Shown here: positions 9,666 through 20,311 of the stretch, in pieces
Layout: each line of letters opens with the position of its first letter
Numbering within the stretch: position 1 is the stretch's first letter
Origin: Candidatus Magasanikiibacteriota bacterium
Lineage (GTDB): Bacteria; Patescibacteriota; Patescibacteriia; Magasanikbacterales; GWA2-37-8
DNA length: 64,000 nt
Assembly (NCBI GenBank): GCA_963840935.1
Contig: CAWJAS010000001.1
Coordinates: forward strand, 448,875 to 512,874
Reading direction: 5' to 3'
Translations under genes and position numbers: made by a program
Notes under the pieces: model-generated
The model's database searches: none
What the model was told of the DNA's origin: nothing
What the model saw: only the letters and a program-made list of their open reading frames with translations

Positions 9666-11018
9666 TTAATATGATAATTGCCAAATTCCTTTTTTTCCGT
9701 CAATTTCCGCGGAAAAATATATGATATGTTTTTTTGTGTTTACGGCGATTGATTCTATTTTAGCATTAATCAAATCGTGCGTGACAAGATAATAAGGAAA
9801 TAGGGCGGTCGCTTTATCGCTCCAAATAAGAGATAGAGTATTGAATTTATCCAGAGTAGCAATTTGATTCAATCCTTCTCCCGAGCGAGTTAATAAATTT
9901 GGTTCCGCATCATTTTTGGCGAATGTCCAAATTTCCCATGGTGTCCATATTATTAACCAGTTGTCATATGGTGAAATAATGAATTTTTCTCCGGCAATAT
10001 TGAATTTATTATTTTTAGACAAAAGAATCATTTCTGATTTATCGCGTTTTTTTAGGATTGCATAGTTATTAATTGCGCCGATTATTTGCGTATCTTGCTC
10101 GGTTGATTCAAATGAATTTTCCGGGGCAAATATTTCTGAAAAACCAAGAGTGTCGCGAATCAAGCTGATTTGGCTTGTTGAAGAGTTGGATTGTAGCGTC
10201 CAAAGTTGACCGTTTTCCATAAACCAGTCGAGCCAATTATTTTTTGCTAAGATGTAACGCTGTTCAGTGGTCGGAATAAAAGATATTAAGCGCAAGTTCG
10301 TGCTGTAATAAATCTCCGGCTGCATGCTCTCCTTCCATTGATATTTATCAATTGGATAACGAGTTAAGGCCATCAAGTCGTGTTCTTTTGAAGGATTATC
10401 GGCGTTGTAGATTAATAAATTATTGTATGGAGGAATTTTTTCGCTTATGGCCAGGTAGTTATTATTAAAAGCCCAAGAAATTTTATATTCAGTATTTATA
10501 TCAAATTCTGTTAGATTTATTTCTTCTTTATTATTTAAATTATAGATATTTATATCTTGAATTTTTTCGTTGTTTTTGATATATGCCAAAAAGTTGGAAT
10601 CGGGAGAAATGGAGATATCAGAGTAGTTCCCCTCGATTAATAATGTTGGTTGATTTTTTTGAAGCAATGATATTTCTTTTATATAAACCGTTTGTTTATT
10701 TTTAACCTCTATTTCTTTGTTCCAATCAAAATATCCCGGAGCTGAAATAAATAATTGGTACTTACCGGGTATCCGTTCATTTAAACGAATTGGAATTTTT
10801 GATTTTATTGGAATGTTGTTAATAACAACAGACGCATTTTTTGGTTCGATATCAATATTGATAGCCCCGGTTTCTTTGAGAATTCCTTTTTTCCAATCAT
10901 ATCTGTATCCGCTTGTGTACATTACAATGGCCGGAGCTAGAACGCAAAAAGCGGTTATGAATATAATAACCAGGGCTTTTCGGATTGGTTTTTTGAGCAT
11001 GCTTCCGGGATATTCCAT
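9666..11018 (-). CDS. PEGA-domain membrane-anchored protein with probable beta-propeller region
   Basis: N-terminal TM, 'SGYRYD...ETGAINIDIEPKNASV...PGKYQLFISAPGYFDW', 'ISPDS' repeat; start may be 11000. Confidence 0.7.
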   Translation of the reverse strand: MEYPGSMLKKPIRKALVIIFITAFCVLAPAIVMYTSGYRYDWKKGILKETGAINIDIEPKNASVVINNIPIKSKIPIRLNERIPGKYQLFISAPGYFDWNKEIEVKNKQTVYIKEISLLQKNQPTLLIEGNYSDISISPDSNFLAYIKNNEKIQDINIYNLNNKEEINLTEFDINTEYKISWAFNNNYLAISEKIPPYNNLLIYNADNPSKEHDLMALTRYPIDKYQWKESMQPEIYYSTNLRLISFIPTTEQRYILAKNNWLDWFMENGQLWTLQSNSSTSQISLIRDTLGFSEIFAPENSFESTEQDTQIIGAINNYAILKKRDKSEMILLSKNNKFNIAGEKFIISPYDNWLIIWTPWEIWTFAKNDAEPNLLTRSGEGLNQIATLDKFNTLSLIWSDKATALFPYYLVTHDLINAKIESIAVNTKKHIIYFSAEIDGKKGIWQLSY

Positions 11019-11104
11019 ATTTTGGTGATTTTATTGGCAATCTTGCTTTTCGAAAATTAATAATGTATAATTATCTTAATTGTTTTGGTCCCAAAAGTCA
11101 AAAT

Positions 11105-12412
11105 ATGTCATATTTAATAATCAACGGTGGAAAAAAATTGAGCGGTTCGATTACCAATCAAACCGCAAAAAATTCGGCTGTTGCCATTATGTGCGCCTCT
11201 GCAATGATACGGGGGAAGGTTGAGTTAACCGATATGCCTGAAATTGAAGAAGTGTACCGAATTGCCGAACTACTAAAAAGCATCGGAGTAAAAATAATTA
11301 AAAAAAGAGAAGGTCATTATTTGATAGATTCGGAAAATAAATTGAATATGGAAGGCCTTGATAAAAAAGCGTTTGAAAAAACACGCTCTTCTTTATTTTT
11401 GTTCGGTGCGCTGGCATCCAGGCAAAAAAAATACGTTTTACCAAAATCCGGCGGGTGCAAATTAGGTGAAAGAACGGTTCGTCCGCATCTTTACGCTTTA
11501 GAGAGTCTTGGAATAAAAGTAAAATCGAATAAAAATAATTACGCGGTAGAGAACCCGGCACACCTTCAAGGTGCCAAAATTGTTATGTATGAATCCGGTG
11601 ATACCGCAACAGAGAACGCGATTATGGGCGCAGTATTGGCCAGTGGGACAACGATCATTAAAATGGCTTCGGCAAATTACATGGTTCAGGACCTTTGTTA
11701 TTTTTTGAATAAGGCCGGAGCAAAAATAAGCGGTATCGGTTCAACCACCCTTTTGATTGAGGGAGTAAAAAAATTAAAAGGTAATTTTGTTTATCCGATT
11801 ATGCCTGACCCGATTGTCGCCATGACCTATATTGCCATAGGGGCGACGACACATTCTCCTTTAACGATTAAAAATTGTCCGATTGATTTTTTGGAGTTGG
11901 AATTGCTCAAATTATCTAAAATGGGGCAGAAATTTAAACTAAAGAATTTACGTTCTTCAAAAAACGGAAAATTTGATATTCAGGATATTGAATTAATTCC
12001 GTCCAAGTTAACCGGCTTGCCCGATAAAATAGAGTGTCGACCATTTCCCGGATTGAATATTGATAACCTCCCTTTGTTTATTCCCATTCTTTCCAGAGCG
12101 GTTGGCCGAACAATGATTCATGATTGGCCATACGAAAATAGAGCTGTTCGATATTTGGAAATGCAAAAAATCGGCTGTAATATTACTTTGCTTGACCCTC
12201 ATCGCGTTATTGTGGAAGGACCGACTGTTTTTACGGCAAATGAAGCGGTGTGTCCGCCGATTTTGAGGGTAGCGGTAATATTGCTCGTCGGGATGCTCGC
12301 CGCAAAAGGTAAATCAATTTTGCGAAATACATATATGATAGACCGTGGATATGAAAAATTATACGAAACATTAAATAAAGCCGGAGCGGATATAGTTCAA
12401 GTTAACGAATAA
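11105..12412 (+). CDS. murA: UDP-N-acetylglucosamine 1-carboxyvinyltransferase
   Basis: AKNS, GGCKLGERTVRPH (catalytic Cys), ATEN, IDRGYE. Confidence 0.93.
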   Translation: MSYLIINGGKKLSGSITNQTAKNSAVAIMCASAMIRGKVELTDMPEIEEVYRIAELLKSIGVKIIKKREGHYLIDSENKLNMEGLDKKAFEKTRSSLFLFGALASRQKKYVLPKSGGCKLGERTVRPHLYALESLGIKVKSNKNNYAVENPAHLQGAKIVMYESGDTATENAIMGAVLASGTTIIKMASANYMVQDLCYFLNKAGAKISGIGSTTLLIEGVKKLKGNFVYPIMPDPIVAMTYIAIGATTHSPLTIKNCPIDFLELELLKLSKMGQKFKLKNLRSSKNGKFDIQDIELIPSKLTGLPDKIECRPFPGLNIDNLPLFIPILSRAVGRTMIHDWPYENRAVRYLEMQKIGCNITLLDPHRVIVEGPTVFTANEAVCPPILRVAVILLVGMLAAKGKSILRNTYMIDRGYEKLYETLNKAGADIVQVNE

Positions 12413-12420
12413 AAAATAAT

Positions 12421-13707
12421 ATGATAGATAAAATGTCACCTTCGCGAGTGCGCTTTTCCAAATATATCGGAATATATTTATCGATAATATTATTTGTTTG
12501 CGCTTTTGGCCTCGGTATTTTAACCGGACAGGCGATATTTGTGAATAAACAGATAACGGATGACGAAGGTCAAGTGCAAATTAGCAAAGTCATAAATCTT
12601 AATCGCACATTGAATCACAGCGACTCGGTTGATTTTTCTCAATTTTGGCAGGTATGGGACCGTATAAAAGATAAATATGTTACAGACGAAGTGAGTGAAG
12701 CGGATTTATTTTATGGCGCGATCGAAGGTATGGTTTATTCGCTTGGCGATCCATATTCTATGTATATGACTCCAACAATAGCCGAAGAATTTGCAAAAGA
12801 TTTATCGGGTGAATTTGATGGAATCGGAGCTGAGATAGGTATCAAAAACGATCAATTATCCGTTGTTTCTCCGCTGAGTAATACTCCTGCCGAGAAAGCC
12901 GGTTTAAGACCAGGGGATAAAATTTTGGCTATTGATAAAGAAAGTACTTATGGAATGGATGTGAACGTAGCCGTAAGCAAAATTCGCGGGCCGGCAGGCA
13001 CTGAAGTCGTGTTGTTAATTTCTCGAAATGGAATCGGCAAATCATTTGATGTGGCGATTAAACGAGCCAAAATAAATGTGCCATCAGTTACCTTTGAAAT
13101 AAAAAATAACAACATCGCATATATTAGGGTTTTGCAATTTAATGAAAACACCGAGCGCGATTTTAGTAAATATGTTGGTCAAATTCAGGAAAAAAATATC
13201 CAAGGTATCGTTCTTGATTTGCGCAACAATCCCGGGGGATTCTTGGACACTGCGGTTTATATGGCGGGGGAGTGGATTGAAGACGGAACAATTGTTAGCG
13301 AGCGATCAAAATATGGAGTTGATAAAAATCATTTGTCTTCGGGAAAATCAAGATTAAACAATTATAGAACGGTTGTAATGGTTAATGGCGGTTCAGCATC
13401 AGCCTCAGAAATTGTTGCCGGCGCTTTGCAAGATTATGATAAGGCCGTTTTGATTGGCGAGAAAACATTTGGCAAAGGTTCGGTACAAGATTTTGAAACA
13501 TTTATTGATGGCTCCGCTTTAAAATTAACCGTAGCTGAATGGTATACGCCAAATGGCCGGAATATTAACAAGGAAGGTATTGTTCCTGATGTCGAATTTA
13601 TTGTTGATTGGGATAATGAACAAATCGGTGAAGATAAAATGCTTGATAAGGCAATAGAAATTTTAACAGCGGAAGTTTTTCCTCCGATAGCTGAAAATAT
13701 TGAATGA
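12421..13707 (+). CDS. ctpA: Carboxyl-terminal processing protease (S41, PDZ)
   Basis: DPYS, GIGAEI, LDLRNNPGG, SASASEIVAGALQD, TFGKGSVQ. Confidence 0.95.
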   Translation: MIDKMSPSRVRFSKYIGIYLSIILFVCAFGLGILTGQAIFVNKQITDDEGQVQISKVINLNRTLNHSDSVDFSQFWQVWDRIKDKYVTDEVSEADLFYGAIEGMVYSLGDPYSMYMTPTIAEEFAKDLSGEFDGIGAEIGIKNDQLSVVSPLSNTPAEKAGLRPGDKILAIDKESTYGMDVNVAVSKIRGPAGTEVVLLISRNGIGKSFDVAIKRAKINVPSVTFEIKNNNIAYIRVLQFNENTERDFSKYVGQIQEKNIQGIVLDLRNNPGGFLDTAVYMAGEWIEDGTIVSERSKYGVDKNHLSSGKSRLNNYRTVVMVNGGSASASEIVAGALQDYDKAVLIGEKTFGKGSVQDFETFIDGSALKLTVAEWYTPNGRNINKEGIVPDVEFIVDWDNEQIGEDKMLDKAIEILTAEVFPPIAENIE

Positions 13708-13726
13708 GTTATTTTTAATTATTTTT

Positions 13727-13752
13727 AAAACCCCCGCGTGTGCGGGGGTTTT
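13727..13752. terminator. Bidirectional intrinsic terminator
   Basis: aaaacccccgc-gtgt-gcgggggtttt between convergent ctpA and era. Confidence 0.8.
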
Positions 13753-13755
13753 AGT

Positions 13756-14631
13756 TTATATTCTATCTTCCCAATGTTTGTCTGTTTCAACTTCAAGTTC
13801 AAGGTATATTTTTTTATTAATGGCAGTTTCAAGTTCTTTACGGGCCGCAATTCCTATCTCTTTGATTGCTCTGCCACGAGCGCCGATGATCATTTTTTTG
13901 TATTTTTTATCATTGGTAAATATCACGGCTTTGATTAATAAAATATCCGGCTTTTCTTCTATTTCGGTTATTTCTACGTGAGTGGTATACGGCACTTCTT
14001 TTCGCAGCGCAAGATAAATTTTTTCACGTATTAATTCCGATACCCAAAATTTTGGATCTGTGTTTGTGAGTTGATTGGTCGGGTACATCGGTTCTCCTTC
14101 CGGCAATAACTCGAATACTCTTTTTCGTAGAGGTTCAACATGGCGATTGGCCAGAGCAGATAATTCGAAAATTTCCATTTGATTATCTTCACCGAATGAG
14201 ATATAATCATTCAGAAATATTTTTTCTTCTTTTGGTAAGTCGGATTTATTAATAACCAAAATTTTTGGCGCCTTTGCTTTTCTGGCAATCGACATAATAT
14301 ATCTTTCTTCGGTGCCGATATTTTTTGTTGGGTCTACCACATAAAGAATCAAATCGATATCTTCAATGGATTCCTCTGCTCGTTTGGTTAGTTTGCCTGT
14401 CAAAAAATTTTTCTTCTCTTTAAAAATTCCCGGCGTGTCGACAAAAACCGCTTGACTCTCGCTTCTATTTAATACCCCGTGAATATTTGTTCTGGTGGTT
14501 TGCGGTTTGGGAGTTACAATTGCGATTTTTGTGCCTATGATGGTATTCAACAAAGTGGACTTTCCAACATTGGAACGACCGATTAGCGTGATAATGCCAA
14601 ATTTTGGCTTATCTATTGATTTATTAGTCAT
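13756..14631 (-). CDS. era: GTPase Era
   Basis: GRSNVGKSTL, PKPQTTR, DTPG, NKSD, C-terminal KH domain. Confidence 0.97.
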   Translation of the reverse strand: MTNKSIDKPKFGIITLIGRSNVGKSTLLNTIIGTKIAIVTPKPQTTRTNIHGVLNRSESQAVFVDTPGIFKEKKNFLTGKLTKRAEESIEDIDLILYVVDPTKNIGTEERYIMSIARKAKAPKILVINKSDLPKEEKIFLNDYISFGEDNQMEIFELSALANRHVEPLRKRVFELLPEGEPMYPTNQLTNTDPKFWVSELIREKIYLALRKEVPYTTHVEITEIEEKPDILLIKAVIFTNDKKYKKMIIGARGRAIKEIGIAARKELETAINKKIYLELEVETDKHWEDRI

Positions 14632-14728
14632 TTTTTTGTTAAAATTAGCCAATTAATTAGAGTCTTGTGATTTCTTTGTAAAATCTGTTGGCTTATAGTA
14701 TAATATTTCCAGATTTATATCAAGTTTT

Positions 14729-15172
14729 ATGAAAGTGATATTGCTGGCAAAAATTGCGGGCTTGGGTCAGCCCGATGATGTTAAGGAAGTAGCCGATGGT
14801 TATGCGGTCAATTATTTGTTTCCAAGACATTTGGCCGTGCAGGCTTCAGAAAAAGCTGTTAAAAGTTTGGGTGTTGCGAAAGCAAAAAAAGCCAAAACGC
14901 TTGAGCGAGACCTTATTGAACAACAGGCGTTAGCGAGTCGGTTAGATGGCTTAACCATTTCCATCAAAGAAAAAGCCAATGAAGCCGGTTTGTTTTATGC
15001 CGCAATTGGTCCACAAAAAATATTTGACGCATTAAAAAAATTAGACCTGGAGGTTGAAAAAAACAATATAATGGCCAAAGCCATAAAGGAAGTTGGGGAA
15101 TATAATGTTTTGATAAAATTACGGCACAGGCTGGAGGCAAGAATTCATTTAATCGCATTAAAATTGGAATAA
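14729..15172 (+). CDS. rplI: 50S ribosomal protein L9
   Basis: MKVILL...LG...DVKEVADGYAVNYLFP. Confidence 0.95.
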   Translation: MKVILLAKIAGLGQPDDVKEVADGYAVNYLFPRHLAVQASEKAVKSLGVAKAKKAKTLERDLIEQQALASRLDGLTISIKEKANEAGLFYAAIGPQKIFDALKKLDLEVEKNNIMAKAIKEVGEYNVLIKLRHRLEARIHLIALKLE

Positions 15173-15182
15173 AAAATTTGTT

Positions 15183-16811
15183 ATGAAAACAAAATATATT
15201 TTTGTTATTGGGGGAGTAATGAGCGGAGTTGGTAAAGGAATTACGGTCGCTTCGATTGGAAGAATTTTGGCTAACCGAGGCTTGCGCGTTTCAGCAATTA
15301 AAATCGACCCATATATTAACGTTGACGCGGGAACGATGAACCCGATTGAACACGGAGAAGTTTTTGTCACAGATGACGGAGATGAAACCGACCAGGATAT
15401 TGGAAATTATGAAAGATTTTTGGATAATGACATATATTGCATTAATTACATGACAACCGGGCGGATTTATCAAAGCGTAATTCAAAAAGAGAGAAGCATG
15501 GGTTATAAAGGAAAATGCGTGCAGGTTGTTCCGCATATTCCGCTTGAAGTAATTTCGCGCATCAAATCGGCCGCGCAAAAAATAAACGCAGATGTAATGA
15601 TTATTGAAATTGGCGGAACTGTCGGTGAGTATGAAAATATTCTCTTTTTGGAAGCGGCTCGAATCATGAAGCTTGACGAGCCTGATAGCGTATTATTTGT
15701 ATTAGTAAGTTATTTACCAGTACCGGGACATTTGGGTGAGATGAAAACCAAACCAACTCAGCACGCCTCTCGGACATTGAACAATTCCGGTTTGCAAGCG
15801 GATATTATAATCGCGAGAGGTAAAGAAGATTTGGACGAACCAAGACGTGAGAAATTGGCATTTTTTTGCTCTTTACGCTCGAAAGACGACGTTATTCCGG
15901 CGCCAGATGTGCGTAATATATATGTAATCCCCGATAATTTTGAGAAATATAATTTAAGCGATATTATTTCCAAAAAACTGCAATTTGAGCTTCAGCCAAA
16001 AGATGGAGAGCGTTGGCGCGAGTTTATAAGTAAAATGAATTCAGCCGACAAAGCCGTTAAAATTGCTATTATTGGAAAATATTTTGGAACAGGTAATTTT
16101 ACCCTGGCCGATTCATATATTTCTGTGATTGAAGCGATAAAAACAGCTTCTTGGTATCAAGGGGCCTTACCAGAGCTGACATGGATTGATTCTGAAGAGT
16201 ACGAAAAAGACCCGGCAAAAGTAAGTGAGCTTGGCGCCTATGATGCCGTAGTTGTACCTGGCGGGTTTGGCACACGCGGTGTGGAAGGCGTGATTAGCTC
16301 AATTAAATATGCCAGAGAAAATAATATTCCTTATCTGGGGCTTTGTTACGGAATGCAACTTGCGGCTATTGAGTTTGCTCGCAATGTGCTTGGTTATGCT
16401 GATGCCCATACGGTTGAATGTAATCCTGATAGTAATAATATCATTATCGTTGTCAATCCAAATCAAGCAAAAAATATTCAAGAAGCAAAGTATGGCGGGA
16501 CAATGCGTTTGGGCGCATATGATTGTCTTTTAAAGAATGGAACTAAAACGCGTGAATTGTATGGACAGGATAAAATCAGCGAAAGACATAGGCATCGTTT
16601 TGAATTTAATAATAAATACAAAGATGAGCTTGAACAGAACGGTTTAAAAATAGCGGGAATAAACGAGGAGTCGAATTTGGTAGAAATAATCGAGCTTGAA
16701 AATCATCCATTTTTTATCGGTACTCAATTTCATCCGGAATTTAAATCAAGGCCGTTGCGTCCGCATCCTTTGTTTATGGGGTTGATTAAAGCGGCACTTG
16801 CTAAAAAATAA
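15183..16811 (+). CDS. pyrG: CTP synthase
   Basis: GGVMSGVGKG, KIDPYINVDAGTMNP, KTKPTQ, GLCYGMQ, TQFHPEF. Confidence 0.99.
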   Translation: MKTKYIFVIGGVMSGVGKGITVASIGRILANRGLRVSAIKIDPYINVDAGTMNPIEHGEVFVTDDGDETDQDIGNYERFLDNDIYCINYMTTGRIYQSVIQKERSMGYKGKCVQVVPHIPLEVISRIKSAAQKINADVMIIEIGGTVGEYENILFLEAARIMKLDEPDSVLFVLVSYLPVPGHLGEMKTKPTQHASRTLNNSGLQADIIIARGKEDLDEPRREKLAFFCSLRSKDDVIPAPDVRNIYVIPDNFEKYNLSDIISKKLQFELQPKDGERWREFISKMNSADKAVKIAIIGKYFGTGNFTLADSYISVIEAIKTASWYQGALPELTWIDSEEYEKDPAKVSELGAYDAVVVPGGFGTRGVEGVISSIKYARENNIPYLGLCYGMQLAAIEFARNVLGYADAHTVECNPDSNNIIIVVNPNQAKNIQEAKYGGTMRLGAYDCLLKNGTKTRELYGQDKISERHRHRFEFNNKYKDELEQNGLKIAGINEESNLVEIIELENHPFFIGTQFHPEFKSRPLRPHPLFMGLIKAALAKK

Positions 16812-16812
16812 T

Positions 16813-16847
16813 AAAAAACCGTCAGTTGAGACTGGCGGTTTTTTTTT
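16813..16847. terminator. Bidirectional intrinsic terminator
   Basis: aaaaaaccgtcagt...actggcggtttttttt. Confidence 0.8.
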
Positions 16848-16881
16848 ATTATTATATTATAAATGTTCAACGCACCAAGGT

Positions 16882-18270
16882 TTAACGTCCGCCCATTCTG
16901 CCCAGGATATTAAACGTTCGAAGAATGATAACAGCGTCCAAAATAGCGCCGCGATTTTTGAGGTAATATAAATCATATTCCAGTTTTCGCAGGTTTTCCT
17001 CAATATTGCCGTAATATGATTTTTGAATTTGCGCCCATCCGGTCAGACCCGGTTTGATTAGGTGTCTTAACGCGTAATAAGGCATTTGCGCGGTAAGTTG
17101 TTCAACAAATTCCGGTCTTTCCGGGCGCGGGCCAACCAAGCTCATTTGCCTTTTTAAGATATTTATAAATTGTGGTAATTCATCGAGCCTAGATCGACGC
17201 AAAAATTTTCCGATTGTCGTTATGCGGCTGTCATTTTCTTCAGCAAATTGTGCCCCGTTTATTTCGGCGCTTCCGTCGGTGTTTAACGCTTTCATTGTGC
17301 GGTATTTATAAATAGTAAAAACAATTCCATTCTGGCCGATTCTTTTTTGCGAAAAGAATATTGTACCGGGCGAAGTTAATTTTATTAGAAGAGCGATAAT
17401 GGGAAAGGAAACTGCGAATACGAGCGCCATAAGTATGGCAAAAAATATGTCAATCATCATTCTGAAACGGTCGTATATTTTTTTGTCTTGTTCCTTTAGA
17501 TTTTGTAAAAACCATGATTCTGAAAAAGTAAACGGCGGTATTCTTTTCATTATTAATTCGTAAAATTTTTCAAGCGTAAAGACACCGGTTTGCCTGAAGA
17601 GACGGCTGTATAATTCTTGTAATATTTTTGAGTCTTGTGCCGCTGTTGGAGATATAATAATAAGGTCGGGAAAAATATTTTGTTCGTCCAGTTTTTTTAT
17701 ATCATCGATTATTTTGTAGTTTTGGAAAGGGGATAGCTGTTCTTGCATTAATTGATTTTCTGTTTTTATTATTCCGACTATCTCATAACCCAGTTCGGGT
17801 TTTTTTTCTATTTTATTTATTAGGTCGTTTGTCGCGTCGGTTAAACCGATAAATATTATTTTTGTTTTTAAAATTGATTTTAATATGTATTTATTGTGAA
17901 CCGCGCGCCACAAAGATATCAGGCCGAAAGAAAAAGCGGCGCAAAGTACCATTATTGTTTTTGGCTGGGCGGTTACTTTTGAGTTCAGATAGAAAAAAAT
18001 TAAACCAAATATCATCCAGATGGCCATGCTTATTAATATTTTTTGGAAAAATGGCAGGCGATTTTTTGAGTACTCAATATCATAAAGACCGACAATAAAA
18101 AAAATGATTATTGCCAAGAAAAAAAGCTCGGTCATCGGGTAAGCTAATTCGTTGACTCGGTTAGCGTCCGGAATTCGCAAATAACGAAGCCAGATGCTTA
18201 AGTAAAAAGCGAGATAAAACATCAGCAAATCGCCGATTAAGAGGGTTAATTGTTTTAAACGATGAAGCAT
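16882..18270 (-). CDS. Polyprenyl-phosphate sugar (phosphoglycosyl) transferase, WcaJ/CpsE-like
   Basis: N-terminal TMs, YKYRTM, RRSRLDELPQ, MSLVGPRPERP, KPGLTGWAQ. Confidence 0.93.
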   Translation of the reverse strand: MLHRLKQLTLLIGDLLMFYLAFYLSIWLRYLRIPDANRVNELAYPMTELFFLAIIIFFIVGLYDIEYSKNRLPFFQKILISMAIWMIFGLIFFYLNSKVTAQPKTIMVLCAAFSFGLISLWRAVHNKYILKSILKTKIIFIGLTDATNDLINKIEKKPELGYEIVGIIKTENQLMQEQLSPFQNYKIIDDIKKLDEQNIFPDLIIISPTAAQDSKILQELYSRLFRQTGVFTLEKFYELIMKRIPPFTFSESWFLQNLKEQDKKIYDRFRMMIDIFFAILMALVFAVSFPIIALLIKLTSPGTIFFSQKRIGQNGIVFTIYKYRTMKALNTDGSAEINGAQFAEENDSRITTIGKFLRRSRLDELPQFINILKRQMSLVGPRPERPEFVEQLTAQMPYYALRHLIKPGLTGWAQIQKSYYGNIEENLRKLEYDLYYLKNRGAILDAVIILRTFNILGRMGGR

Positions 18271-18326
18271 ATTTTGGCTGTTTTCAAATATGTTTATCTA
18301 TTATATAATAAGCGAATATTATTGCT

Positions 18327-20240
18327 ATGAATCAATACTATCGCAATTCATGTAAAAAATCAATTCTTGGCGTTTGCGCGTTTATTTTTTCGCTTTTTTT
18401 ACCATTCAAGGCTTATGGTATTGTCCCTAACGACCCGGGGTTTATTCAGCAAAAAAGCACTTGGGATCAAATATATGCGCCGTCGGCTTGGGAGATTTCA
18501 ACAGGCACGAAAGATATCGTGGTTGCCATAATTGACACTTCGATAGATATTCGACACCCGGATTTATCTGACAATATTTGGATTAATAAAAAAGAAATAG
18601 ATGGTAATGGTATTGATGACGACGGCAATGGTTATGTGGATGATATTAATGGTTGGAATTTTGTTGATAATAATCCCTATTTATTTGATTATGAGAGCGA
18701 CGCGTTTGATTATGCCGATAATTATAGCGTTTATACTCATGGAACAATTGTCGCCGGCTTGATAGGGGCCGTAGCTGAAAATGGTAAGGCGGGGACGGGT
18801 ATTAATTGGAAAGTCAATCTGATGCCCCTGAAGGCCTTTGATGTTTTTGGTTCAGGAACTTATCTTGATATTGAGCGGGCCGTTGATTATGCCATTGATA
18901 ATGGGGCGGATATAATTAATATCAGTTTTGTCGGAGATCTTAATGAACCATCTTTAAAAACAAAGCTTAGGACCGCTTACGAAAACGGGGTTTTGACTAT
19001 TGTGGCGGCTGGAAATAATAATTTGATTGGACGTGGTGATATGGATATCGAGCCAATGTACCCGGCTTGCTTTGATAAAATGGAAGAAAATTGGATTTTG
19101 GGGGTGACTTCGGTTGATGTTTCGGACAAGCTCAGTATTTTTTCAAATTACGGCAGTTGCGTCGACATCACAGCTCCCGGCGAATTGATTTATAGCTCAA
19201 TAATAAAAAGTAAAAATGGCAATAATCAATATTTTGGCGGTCCATGGTACGGGACTTCATTTTCTACTCCCTTAATAACGGGAGCCGTCGCTTTAATTAA
19301 ATCAATTAACCCTCATTTAACGCCTTCGCAGATAATCTATATTTTGTTATCAACAGCAGATGATATTGAAGCTCATAATCCGGATTTTGTCGGTAGAATA
19401 GGATATGGAAGGCTGAATTTATACAAAGCATTGGCAAAAGCGTCATCCGAAAAATATTTATATAATCTGCCCGGAAGAATTTGTAGGGTGTCTAATGGCT
19501 ATAAAGTTGTGTGCAGTGAATCGGCGGAGATGTCTCGCGATTTGGTTGTGGCTAATTTTGGAGAAAAAATAATTTCGCTTGACGCTTTTGATAAAGAACG
19601 AATCGCAATTTTATTTTCCACAAAAGTAAAAATAATTTTTGGAGACGGCGGATATGAAAAAAATATCGCTTTAGATAAATTATATTCATATAAAAAAATA
19701 TCTTTTTTTGACTTAGACGGGAAACCAGCTGTGGCGGTTTTTGGGAGCCGTAATATTTATGAACATGTAATTTATTTTTTTGACATGGCTGGAAATGAAA
19801 TCAAAAAAATTAATTTTTCGGATAATTCGCCGCTTTCTTTTTCGCTGGTTGAGGATAATTCATTTGCCACAATAAAAAACGAAGGCCAAAGAATCGTTGT
19901 ATCTAATTTTAATTCCTCGGGAAAATTTATATCAAAAAAAATTGGTCCACCGGCTGTTTTTTCGGGCGACGTGATAAGTGGTCGGTTTTGGGGCGAAGGG
20001 TACCAATTGGCGTTTGTGGCAAATCAAAACGGGAGTCCTTCGTTGTGTGTTTTTGATTTGGATACCGGAAGTTTTTATGTGGATAAAATTAACGCCTTAT
20101 CAAGCAGATTGCTAAGCATTAAATTGGGTTTAGATAATAATAAGTCCGCGATTATGAATTACAACCCGGAAAGTGGTAAGTATCAGGTTTTTGACGGGAA
20201 AGGCGTTATTTTGGGCCAAGGGAGCCGGTCTAACGAATAA
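18327..20240 (+). CDS. Secreted subtilisin-like serine protease (S8)
   Basis: Signal peptide; VAIIDTS, HGTIVAG, AAGN, GTSFSTP catalytic motifs. Confidence 0.92.
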   Translation: MNQYYRNSCKKSILGVCAFIFSLFLPFKAYGIVPNDPGFIQQKSTWDQIYAPSAWEISTGTKDIVVAIIDTSIDIRHPDLSDNIWINKKEIDGNGIDDDGNGYVDDINGWNFVDNNPYLFDYESDAFDYADNYSVYTHGTIVAGLIGAVAENGKAGTGINWKVNLMPLKAFDVFGSGTYLDIERAVDYAIDNGADIINISFVGDLNEPSLKTKLRTAYENGVLTIVAAGNNNLIGRGDMDIEPMYPACFDKMEENWILGVTSVDVSDKLSIFSNYGSCVDITAPGELIYSSIIKSKNGNNQYFGGPWYGTSFSTPLITGAVALIKSINPHLTPSQIIYILLSTADDIEAHNPDFVGRIGYGRLNLYKALAKASSEKYLYNLPGRICRVSNGYKVVCSESAEMSRDLVVANFGEKIISLDAFDKERIAILFSTKVKIIFGDGGYEKNIALDKLYSYKKISFFDLDGKPAVAVFGSRNIYEHVIYFFDMAGNEIKKINFSDNSPLSFSLVEDNSFATIKNEGQRIVVSNFNSSGKFISKKIGPPAVFSGDVISGRFWGEGYQLAFVANQNGSPSLCVFDLDTGSFYVDKINALSSRLLSIKLGLDNNKSAIMNYNPESGKYQVFDGKGVILGQGSRSNE

Positions 20241-20311
20241 TTGTTTAGTCTCTTGCTTAACGACCCATTTTTTGTTAAAATATGTATGATTTTTGATTAA
20301 TAATAATTTTT